A stretch of DNA of 34,947 bases from Candidatus Brocadiia bacterium (GTDB lineage Bacteria > Planctomycetota > Brocadiia > SM23-32), in NCBI GenBank assembly GCA_046538485.1, contig JBKHIT010000055.1:1-34947 (forward strand), written 5' to 3'. This document shows, in pieces, positions 9,615-16,697 of the stretch. The stretch's first letter is position 1. Each line of letters begins with the position of its first letter. Under the pieces are notes generated by a model. It did not search any database. It saw only the letters and a list, made by a program, of their open reading frames with translations, and was not told the origin of the DNA. A program made the translations under genes and the position numbers.

Positions 9615-9666
9615 TGAATATGTCCTCATCCTCTGAATATATGCTCACAATATGAACTTCTATTGT
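9615..9666. promoter_or_regulatory. Candidate TetR operator array: TGAA boxes at 19-bp period
   Basis: TGAATATGTCCTCA (9615-9628) and TGAATATATGCTCA (9634-9647) are both TGA-N8-TCA. A third, partial box TGAACTTC starts at 9653. All lie between the predicted promoter and the tetR start. Confidence 0.55.
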
Positions 9667-9689
9667 ACACGATGGTAAAACTGTATCAA
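9662..9689 (-). promoter_or_regulatory. Sigma70-type promoter for the tetR-tolC-mfp-rnd operon
   Basis: Minus strand TTGATA (9689-9684), 16 bp spacer, TACAAT (9667-9662), about 75 bp upstream of tetR. Confidence 0.55.
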
Positions 9690-9729
9690 GCTCTTATTTT
9701 CCTATGCAAGGAATTTGATATCGTAAAGG

Positions 9730-9802
9730 ACGGGATTCCTCCGATCTCCTACAATGATTGTTTGGTTCAACCAGTTCACGTTCGAGGAGGGAGGAATCCC
9801 GT
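9730..9802 (+). repeat. Perfect 13-bp inverted repeat (47-nt loop) covering a GGAGG RBS
   Basis: ACGGGATTCCTCC (9730-9742) and GGAGGAATCCCGT (9790-9802) are exact reverse complements. Confidence 0.7.
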
Positions 9803-9988
9803 GAAGGTAGTCTCCAGCGACCCGTCCCATAACGCCTTGATCGCAAGAGACGAAAACTCTGACTATACGAAGATAGATTAGTTAACGCAGGACACATAGC
9901 GCGCCAGGCTCGGAAAGCGGGCAGGTGAATGCGACCAACCTGGGCCGGTGATCGAGGCGGATCGGTAACTCTCGTTTTCGTTCTGTCG

Positions 9989-10018
9989 GTGGGTGATGCT
10001 TGGCCGGGTGGCCCCTAC
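9989..10018 (-). repeat. Degenerate GTAG-type REP-like element
   Basis: Minus strand reads GTAGGGGCCACCCGGCCAAGCATCACCCAC, with GTAG at one end and GTGG on the opposite strand at the other. Imperfect palindrome. Confidence 0.35.
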
Positions 10019-10062
10019 AGCGCATTAGTGGTTCATGACACTCGATTTTTGGGTAGAACGGA

Positions 10063-10150
10063 GAGATTGCCGCGTCGCCCAAACAACGGGCTCCTCGCAA
10101 TGACGTTCTAAACGCGTTATGGGGCATTGCGAGCGGAGCGAAGCAATCTC
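10063..10150. repeat. Palindromic extragenic repeat doublet (GAGATTGC...CTCGCAATGAC / CATTGCGAG...GCAATCTC type)
   Basis: GAGATTGC(10063)/GCAATCTC(10143-10150) and CTCGCAATG(10094-10102)/CATTGCGAG(10125-10133) are nested exact inverted repeats. Resembles a widespread REP-like family that translates as RDCFA.LAM / SLR...AIS. Confidence 0.8.
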
Positions 10151-10203
10151 GTCGTTTGCCGGAACCCATAAATTCAATTGTCACGCACCCCCCAGGGGAA
10201 TCG

Positions 10204-10261
10204 AGACTCGAGTTCAGCTGAGCACGCCATCGGCGGGCGAAACTGGACTTGAGGCGGACCA
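10204..10261 (+). repeat. ~58-bp structured repeat, copy 1
   Basis: AGACTCGAGTTCAGCTGAGC-acgccatcggcg-GGCGAAACTGGACTTGAGGCGGACCA; near-identical to 13806-13861. Confidence 0.9.
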
Positions 10262-10391
10262 TTTATAACTTCACACTGGGATTCCTGGGAGCCGGCATCT
10301 TACGGATGCAGGCTAGAGCAATTGAATTTCTCCCCAAGAATCCGTCGGTTCTATATCCGGGTTTTCCGCAGGAATGTGTTTCTGGTTTTTC

Positions 10392-11468
10392 CTACCACCT
10401 GAAGATCATCTTTCTACGTTCCCTGTCATTTTTCGCCTGCCAGAATGTCAAATCTTTTTCCATCTCTTTTGGACTCAGGGTACCCTTGAACTTACACAGG
10501 TACTGCTGGCCCTGCCCCCTTCCCTCAAAAAACGATTCGGGCTCGACCGTGATCTCGCCACCTCCGACAAATGCCAGAAAGGAGTTCAGGTCCCTGTCGG
10601 CATCCCGTGCAACTTCAAGTTCCATTCGGTCATCACACACCAACTTATGGTCGGACAGCGTATAGATGAGCATCTCCGTTTCACTCTCCGCCAGCGATGT
10701 CAAAATAAGCGGGTAGACGACTTTTTCAGTCTTAAAACGCATGATCAACGGCGCCACCAAACCTTCGGAGACAAGCGCAGTTTTTCCCTCATCCTCGGGA
10801 TTCCGGATCTGGGCCGCCACAAAACACCATCCCCGGTCGATGTACCCCTGGAATGCTTCGCGGTCAGATTCTTCAAAGCCAAACCCTCTTTCTTGAAGCC
10901 ATTTGACGAGCGTCGCTGGTTTATCGGCTTTAATCACCTTTACGTCGTAAGGACCCACATCGTCGGATTTGAGAACCGTCACACCCACCCTCGCAACCCC
11001 CAGCGACGTCGTGAAAGATATCGTCAGCATGGCAAGCAAAAAACCTATGACAAGTGGTCCCAAGATACCTTTGCCCTGTCGGGCTTTAACGATAGCCCAC
11101 ACTACGCATAGTACCACAGGAATCATGAAAACAAAATGGCTCAATTGCACCACGTGGGGTTGTAAAAAGAATGATAGAGACCGAAAAACTTCCGTCGCAC
11201 GGTGAGCCGGCATCGAGGCCAATTCGGGAACCGATGGTACCGGGACAACCCAGCCCATGGTCTGTGGCTTCCTGTCCCCGGAAAACTCATACCTGCTCTG
11301 CAGCAGCAGCGTCTCCTCACCTGGCTCTTTGAGAATCAGGGCACGCTGGTATGGAATCGACGGCGGGACCTCTTCACGGACATAGTAGAATTTGCCATCG
11401 GCCCACAAAACCGGAGAAACAAAGCATAGTATCACAACAGCTGACGCCAGTACCCTCACAGCTCTCAT
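10392..11468 (-). CDS. DUF2330-like exported/membrane protein
   Basis: Signal peptide. QRALI...ETLLLQ, GWVVPVPSVPE, VGPYDVKVI...LVKWLQERGF, YIDRGWCFVA, PL.MRFKT...VYPL.LTSL match the DUF2330 pattern. Two internal hydrophobic helices. Confidence 0.7.
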   Translation of the reverse strand: MRAVRVLASAVVILCFVSPVLWADGKFYYVREEVPPSIPYQRALILKEPGEETLLLQSRYEFSGDRKPQTMGWVVPVPSVPELASMPAHRATEVFRSLSFFLQPHVVQLSHFVFMIPVVLCVVWAIVKARQGKGILGPLVIGFLLAMLTISFTTSLGVARVGVTVLKSDDVGPYDVKVIKADKPATLVKWLQERGFGFEESDREAFQGYIDRGWCFVAAQIRNPEDEGKTALVSEGLVAPLIMRFKTEKVVYPLILTSLAESETEMLIYTLSDHKLVCDDRMELEVARDADRDLNSFLAFVGGGEITVEPESFFEGRGQGQQYLCKFKGTLSPKEMEKDLTFWQAKNDRERRKMIFRW

Positions 11469-11697
11469 ATCCGAACTTTCCCGTATTAGCGCTGAGTATC
11501 CTCTAATTCGACAAAAGTTGCATCACATAACAGCTCCTTCGCATTTCTCCAGCTCAACCACATCCCTGCTTCCCTTGCACGTTCACTTTTCATACAGGAG
11601 CTCATAAAGCAATCATGTACTGCAGAAGGCCTATTTGACTTCTGGATGAGACGCCGCCAACGGATGCGCCGGAGACACATCTGCCACCAGAATCTTA

Positions 11698-13602
11698 TCA
11701 GAACAGGCCCCTCAATTTCTCCTTTGCGTCATCTTCCAACTCTTTCCCTTCCGATTCTTCACCGTCGTCTTTTTCATCTTTCTTGCCGCCAAAGCCTTTC
11801 AATGTATCCTTCAGCTCTTCGCCAGCTTTATCCTTGAGCTCTTTTTTCACAGCACCGCTGACCTCTTCTTTGAATTCTTCCATTTTTTCACCGGCCATCC
11901 GCGAGAGCTCTTCTTTGCCCGCTTTCTTCAGGGATTGCTGGATGCTGGCCATTGTCTTCTTCCTATCGACGCTGACACGAGGTGCGCCGAAACTGCCCCC
12001 TACTCTGCCTATGACCGTGAGTTCGCTCACATTTTTCAGCACCCGGGAGGCCGTTTCGCGATCCATGCCGAGAAAACCTTCTTCTGCATCGGCCTGCAGT
12101 CCTGTCAGCTTGAGCGCAAAGGGGAAATTAATTTCTTCGGCGGTAAATGCGCCACCAAGCTCAATGCTTACCCGGCCATCTTTGATTGAGACCGGGACCT
12201 CGCTTCCGAGTCCGGAATTATCGCCGAGGGACAGATCATCAAGATTAAGCTCAAACTGGTGAGGACTATCAGCCTCATGGAAGTTGAACTCCACGGACAT
12301 CATTGTTTTTTCACCCTCCGGCGGCATAACGTTTATCGTCATCGGGCTATCCAGAAGCTCAGGTTGTCCGGTGAGTTGTCTCCCGCGAATGTGCTGACTT
12401 CCTTCTAACATCGGAATACTGACACCATCGACTTTCAACTCTTCTATCATCCAGGAGGGACGTTTAACGAGCAGATCTTGGGCGGATACAGAGAGGTAGC
12501 CCCTATTCTCCCCCAGTTCAAAAACTGACTCTTTCTGTTTCTGTTTGTCTTTGCTCTTTCGCGACTTGAGAAATTTCTGCACCTTCTGAAGATAAGGCCT
12601 CATTTTTTGGGCCGTCTCGACGTAGCCGTAGAGGCTTTTGCCTTCCCCCTTTTCGTCCGCAACTTTCTCTTCCGGCTCGGCGGGGGTATAGACTTTGCCG
12701 GGTTTCTCTCGCTTTGCACCCAGCTCTGCATTCTGCACCGCGAGTTCCGACATCACATACCGCCTTCGCAACAGGTCCGATAAACTTAGTTGCGCGGCTA
12801 ATCGTTCCGATTGAAAACTGTTCCGGGTCGGCTCGCTCGGATTGGTGACCTGGAGTCCTTTTAACTCAACCAGCCCCTTTCCAAGAGAGACTTGCGCGTT
12901 GGCCAGATTTACCTCGGCTCGATTTACCGCTGCCACACCCTTTTTAACGCCGGTCGCAACCAGCCAGTCGGACAGGAAAAACTCCACGCCAGCGATCAGA
13001 GCGAGCACAACCACAGCGAGGATGATGCCGGCTTTGCGAATCCAGGGAGGCCGGGCTTCCATCATCTCGGAGAGATCTCCTTTGAGTTTCCCGAAGACAA
13101 GCCACATGAAAAACCGCACAATTTTGTTCTTGCTTATGCGTTGCAGCCGTTCACTGCTTTCTGTTGCACTGCTTACGGCCCCTCTCAGTCCGTTGACCGA
13201 TCGGACCATAACCCATCCAAACACCACTCCGATAATCAATGCAACCGGCAGTCCGCCCGTCAATGAATAGACCTGAAGATTCAGGAACGATATCACCGGT
13301 GTGGAGCACAGCGCCCGGAACAATCCTTCCAGACCGATCTGGTGAATTATTACGTACCCGATTCGGAATGTAATCGGGGCAAGGAGCAGACAGCAGACTT
13401 TCCCCAGCGCAAAACCCAGCAGCGCGATCCCGACGTGAGCATTGAGCACCAGCACCAGAAGGATAGTCAGCACCGTGGCGAGGCCAAAACCCGGTATCAT
13501 ACCGATTAGAACCCCCAAAGCGGCCCCGAGGGCTATCTGACGGGCAGCAACACCACCGCGCAGAACCTTGCCCAATTTCCGGATCAGTTTTAGCAACAAC
13601 AT
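11698..13602 (-). CDS. TIGR03546/DUF2062-like membrane domain fused to a TIGR03545/AsmA-like beta-rich domain
   Basis: N-terminal LIRKLGKVLRG...RQIALGAALGVLIGMIP...P...Y.IG multi-TM domain. After another TM helix comes V.L..AQVSL.KG.VELKGLQVTNPSEP..N.FQ...LSDLLRRRYVM.ELAV (AsmA-like N-terminus). Charged tail ending KEKLRGLF. GGAGAGG RBS. Confidence 0.65.
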   Translation of the reverse strand: MLLLKLIRKLGKVLRGGVAARQIALGAALGVLIGMIPGFGLATVLTILLVLVLNAHVGIALLGFALGKVCCLLLAPITFRIGYVIIHQIGLEGLFRALCSTPVISFLNLQVYSLTGGLPVALIIGVVFGWVMVRSVNGLRGAVSSATESSERLQRISKNKIVRFFMWLVFGKLKGDLSEMMEARPPWIRKAGIILAVVVLALIAGVEFFLSDWLVATGVKKGVAAVNRAEVNLANAQVSLGKGLVELKGLQVTNPSEPTRNSFQSERLAAQLSLSDLLRRRYVMSELAVQNAELGAKREKPGKVYTPAEPEEKVADEKGEGKSLYGYVETAQKMRPYLQKVQKFLKSRKSKDKQKQKESVFELGENRGYLSVSAQDLLVKRPSWMIEELKVDGVSIPMLEGSQHIRGRQLTGQPELLDSPMTINVMPPEGEKTMMSVEFNFHEADSPHQFELNLDDLSLGDNSGLGSEVPVSIKDGRVSIELGGAFTAEEINFPFALKLTGLQADAEEGFLGMDRETASRVLKNVSELTVIGRVGGSFGAPRVSVDRKKTMASIQQSLKKAGKEELSRMAGEKMEEFKEEVSGAVKKELKDKAGEELKDTLKGFGGKKDEKDDGEESEGKELEDDAKEKLRGLF

Positions 13603-13710
13603 GATGTCACCTCTCCATCAAAGCAAGCCGACAGACCCTTAAGCCTACCACAAAGAAGAACTAATCTCACTAATGTCTTTCTATTTTGAGGAATTTGCGC
13701 TGTGGGTCGT

Positions 13711-13729
13711 TTCGTGGCTTTGTGTGAGA
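13711..13729. repeat. Short TTCGTGGCTTTGTGTGAGA motif resembling a common intergenic repeat
   Basis: Minus strand TCTCACACAAAGCCACGAA (SHKATK-type). Single degenerate copy at the edge of the repeat cluster; family assignment is from recall only. Confidence 0.3.
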
Positions 13730-13767
13730 ATTCGGTCGTCGGACCGCGTTCTGAACTCCAGCCCCGC

Positions 13768-13862
13768 GTGGCGGTTCTGAAGTCCAGTCCGCTCACGGGA
13801 AATGTAGACTCGAGTTCAGCTGAGCGCGCGCAGCGGGCGAAACTGGACTTGAGGCGGGCCAC
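13768..13862 (+). repeat. Structured repeat copy 2 (13804-13862, GTAG...CCAC) with an upstream inverted partner arm
   Basis: GTAGACTCGAGTTCAGCTGAGC-gcgcgcagcg-GGCGAAACTGGACTTGAGGCGGGCCAC. The upstream GTGGCGGTTCTGAAGTCCAGT (13768-13788) is partly complementary to 13842-13862. Confidence 0.88.
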
Positions 13863-14070
13863 CACTAAAAACCGGATCTTCAGGCCAAACGTAGTCCTCA
13901 GCGGCTTTCAAAGCCTGATTATGGGGTAAAAACTTTTTCTGCGCATCTCTAAATACCGTCTGCACAAATACTCCTGCGCAACGGAAATGGCTCATTTTGC
14001 GATCAAGCAGACCAAAGGTTACCTTCTTGGAAAAATCAGGGCCCAGGAGAGCAATACCGGGAAAAGCACC

Positions 14071-14099
14071 TTCGCAATCGATCTCGCATTCGTTACAAT
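14071..14099 (+). promoter_or_regulatory. Possible sigma70 promoter for the split-barrel flavoprotein gene
   Basis: TTCGCA, 17 bp spacer, TACAAT, 36 bp upstream of ATG 14136. Confidence 0.35.
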
Positions 14100-14135
14100 A
14101 ATCGCATCATACTTCCTGCTCGGAGACCAATTGCA

Positions 14136-14615
14136 ATGGAAAATAATAACGCGGCAAAGATTGCCCGGAATCTTTTAGAATCTCAAAAACGCGCTGTCCT
14201 TGCCACCGCAAACGATGACGGCGCGTACGCCAGTCTGATGTCATATGCTCCCCTTGATAGCGGACGCCAACTTTTGTTCGCGACCGAGAAAAACACCCGC
14301 AAATACCGCAACCTCCAGTCGCAAAAAAGAATCGCCTTACTCATCGATAACAGATCCGAAGTTGGAGATGATACCGGCGATATCGTTACGGTAACAGCCA
14401 TCGGCCCGGCACGTGAAGCTGCCTCCGATGAAAACACTCAACTCCATAAGCACCTCCTTGCACGACACCCCGATCTGGGAGATTTCCTGGAAAAAGAAAC
14501 CTGCACAATCATGATTCTCGAACCGGACAATTACCGGATTTTCGGAAATTTTCAGACTCAGAACGAGCTGAAAGCGACTGTGTCCGCCGCTGACTTTCCG
14601 CGACGTCAAACCTGA
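14136..14615 (+). CDS. Pyridoxamine 5'-phosphate oxidase-like FMN-binding split-barrel protein
   Basis: AVLATA...AYASLM.Y......LLFAT.KNTRKYRNL.....IALLIDNR...VTAIG.A....L.RHP.L..FL. GGAGA RBS. Confidence 0.88.
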   Translation: MENNNAAKIARNLLESQKRAVLATANDDGAYASLMSYAPLDSGRQLLFATEKNTRKYRNLQSQKRIALLIDNRSEVGDDTGDIVTVTAIGPAREAASDENTQLHKHLLARHPDLGDFLEKETCTIMILEPDNYRIFGNFQTQNELKATVSAADFPRRQT

Positions 14616-14738
14616 ACGTGAGTATCAAAACAGGGCTCCTCACTAATGCAGCCCTGGCTTCCAGCCGGGATAGCCCTGTGAACCCGCAATTACGGCGCTG
14701 CTTTTAGAACAAATGTTAGGACGCTTCTCAGTGTCCTC

Positions 14739-15066
14739 TTAATCGACTACATCAACATAGTTGTTCGGACGCGAATCGCCGGCGTGGGGCCAACCAAAGG
14801 GATCGCAAGGTTGCTTTTTGATCCTTGCCCCCGGCTCAAGTTTTCCCGGCCACCGAATAATAAAAGGGACCCCGGCCGATCCTTCGTAGAAAGTGCTCTT
14901 CCACCACATGCCATGTTCACCGACCTGGTCGCCGTGATCGGAGGTGTAGATCACGATCGTGTTCTCGGCCAGATCCATTTCATCCAGAGTCCCCAGGATG
15001 TCTCCGATCAGATCATCGAACCATTCAACAAGACCGTAATAAGCGGCGCGAGTGCAACATATCTTT
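14739..15066 (-). pseudogene. Internal fragment of a second sulfatase (choline-sulfatase-like)
   Basis: RAAYYGLVEWFDDLIGDILGTLDEMDLAENTIVIYTSDHGDQVGEHGMWWKSTFYEGSAGVPFIIRWPG is a sulfatase core segment. It lacks the CxPxR N-terminus, an in-frame start after the upstream stop, and the C-terminal domain. Confidence 0.85.
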
Positions 15067-16380
15067 TTAATCAGTATATCCTTCTCCCGGTACGGGTGGA
15101 AGTCTATCCGGGTGGGCGTAGTGGGCAAAGAATCTGTCGTCGGTGCGACGTATCCAATCGCGGAGGACGTCACGATAATCCTCGACCATCTCTTCATACC
15201 GGGATTCGACCGCAAGGTTCACCATCTCGCCCGGATCGTTTTCCAGATCGATGAGTTGTTCTCGGTATCGCCCTTTGCTATACATACAGTATTTGTAACG
15301 TTCTCCGACCACCGCCCGCCCGTATGGTCCGCCCCCTTTCGCAAACTGGGTTTCAACCACCAGATTTTCGCGCCAATCCGACGGTTCGTCGCCTTCCAGC
15401 AGCGGGCGCAGGCTGCGTCCGTGAATATCGCCCGGCGGTTCAACCTCCGCAAAATCGCAAACAGTCGGGTAGAAATCAAGCCCATTACTGACAAGTTTGC
15501 TGACTTCCAAACCAGACTCGATTTGTCCTGGCAACCTCATGAGAAACGGAATGCGAATCGATTCTTCGTACAAAGTCCATTTCTGGTTCCACTGGTGGCA
15601 GCCCATACCATCGCCGTGATCGCTCGAGAACACAACAAGAGTATCCTCTTCGAGTCCTTCCTCTTTCAGAACTTCGAGTATGCGCGCGAGAGAAGCGTCG
15701 ATTTTCTCGACGAGCCGGGAGTAAGCGTGTCGGTAGTGGCGCCACTCGTCCGGCGCAAATTCACTGCCAGGGAACGAATCCCTGAACTGCTGAAGCGCCT
15801 GGGGCTCGTAGCTTGGTGGCGGGAAATTGCTGGGCAAATTTGGACAATCTTCGGTCGGCACATCTTCGATAGGCCCCCAGGGAAGCGCCTGGCGCCTTGA
15901 CCACTCGCAGATATTGTGAGGATTGTCGTAGGAAGCCACGAGAAAAAAAGGCGCTTCGTGCGATTCACGCAGGAAATCAATGCAACGGTCGGCCAGGTCC
16001 CAATCCGAGAACCCGCAGATGCGCCGGAAACCGTGTCCTTCCGGAATCGCAATTTCGGGTATATGCCATTTGCCGCCGTAGACGCATTCATATCCGGCGT
16101 CCGAAAGCACGTGTCCCAGTTCCAGCTGCCGACGCTCTTCGGCGATGGGGAAACCGTTGTAGGGGATCTCCACCTCGTGCGGCATCAGACCGGTGAACAT
16201 ACTTGCCCGTGATGGGGTGCAGAGCGGATAAGTGCAATAAGCCCGATCGAAACGAACACCCTCTTCCGCAAGACTGTCCATGGCCGGGGTCTCAATCTGC
16301 AGTCTCCCGACGCAGCTCATTGCCCTGGCGGATTGTTGGTCCGTAAAAACATACACAATGTTCGGTCCATCCTGACTCAT
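15067..16380 (-). CDS. Formylglycine-dependent (Cys-type, S1) sulfatase
   Basis: PNIVYVFTDQQ, TPAMDSLA..GVRF, CTPSRASMFTG (CxPxR), GKWH, NPH, SSDHGDG, DL.NDPGEM.NLA. No signal peptide. Start overlaps the upstream stop (ATGA). Confidence 0.95.
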   Translation of the reverse strand: MSQDGPNIVYVFTDQQSARAMSCVGRLQIETPAMDSLAEEGVRFDRAYCTYPLCTPSRASMFTGLMPHEVEIPYNGFPIAEERRQLELGHVLSDAGYECVYGGKWHIPEIAIPEGHGFRRICGFSDWDLADRCIDFLRESHEAPFFLVASYDNPHNICEWSRRQALPWGPIEDVPTEDCPNLPSNFPPPSYEPQALQQFRDSFPGSEFAPDEWRHYRHAYSRLVEKIDASLARILEVLKEEGLEEDTLVVFSSDHGDGMGCHQWNQKWTLYEESIRIPFLMRLPGQIESGLEVSKLVSNGLDFYPTVCDFAEVEPPGDIHGRSLRPLLEGDEPSDWRENLVVETQFAKGGGPYGRAVVGERYKYCMYSKGRYREQLIDLENDPGEMVNLAVESRYEEMVEDYRDVLRDWIRRTDDRFFAHYAHPDRLPPVPGEGYTD

Positions 16381-16673
16381 TGCATCTCTCCCTTGACTTC
16401 TTCGCTAACCGTCGCAGCCGACGCCGAGCGTGCATTCCTCCAGTACAGCATCAAATCCGTAAAAACCATCGCTCCATTAAGCATATAGAGAAACGCCACA
16501 GCATCCCAGTTATAGACAAATTTATGGATCGTGCCCGAAACGTATCCCACGAAAATGATTATGAGAAAAAGTAAGCTCTTCCCCTCATTCTGGCCCGATT
16601 TCCACGATCTGTAAATGGAAAACGGCCAGGCAGCGCCAAAACACAGCAACATTAAAGCTTCGAAAATACTCAT
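16377..16673 (-). CDS. Small 3-TM PQ-loop/SemiSWEET-like membrane protein
   Basis: 98 aa with three hydrophobic helices: FE..ML.CFG.AWP.SI..SWKS....GKS..FL.....GY..G..HK......Y..N...V..D..LY.RN. Confidence 0.7.
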   Translation of the reverse strand: MSIFEALMLLCFGAAWPFSIYRSWKSGQNEGKSLLFLIIIFVGYVSGTIHKFVYNWDAVAFLYMLNGAMVFTDLMLYWRNARSASAATVSEEVKGEMQ

Positions 16674-16697
16674 GAGGTTGTGTTCCAGAAAGAAAAG

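Noticed and set aside
9882..10262. 126-aa ORF sharing an N-terminus (MVRLKSSFAR) with the 91-aa ORF at 13590-13865
   Set aside because: The similarity is the translated 58-bp DNA repeat, and the rest reads through other palindromes (RDCFAPLAM, SLRGA..DAAIS). Treated as non-coding.
10204..13862. The repeats as a CRISPR array or integron attC sites
   Set aside because: Only two copies 3.6 kb apart, no spacer periodicity, no cas or intI genes, and no RYYYAAC...GTTRRRY ends.
13590..13865. 91-aa minus-strand ORF upstream of the fusion gene
   Set aside because: Made up of repeat sequence, with no clear RBS and no protein-like features.
13939..14026. CTGCGCA/CTGCACA triplet and AAGGTTACCTT palindrome in a divergent intergenic region
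   Set aside because: Irregular spacing and short length make chance plausible, and there is no adjacent regulator.
14640..14725. CCCTGGCT-TCC-AGCCGGGA imperfect hairpin and a GTTAGG motif between convergent genes
   Set aside because: Short and imperfect, with no U-tract and no matching attC inverse core. Not enough to call a terminator or recombination site.
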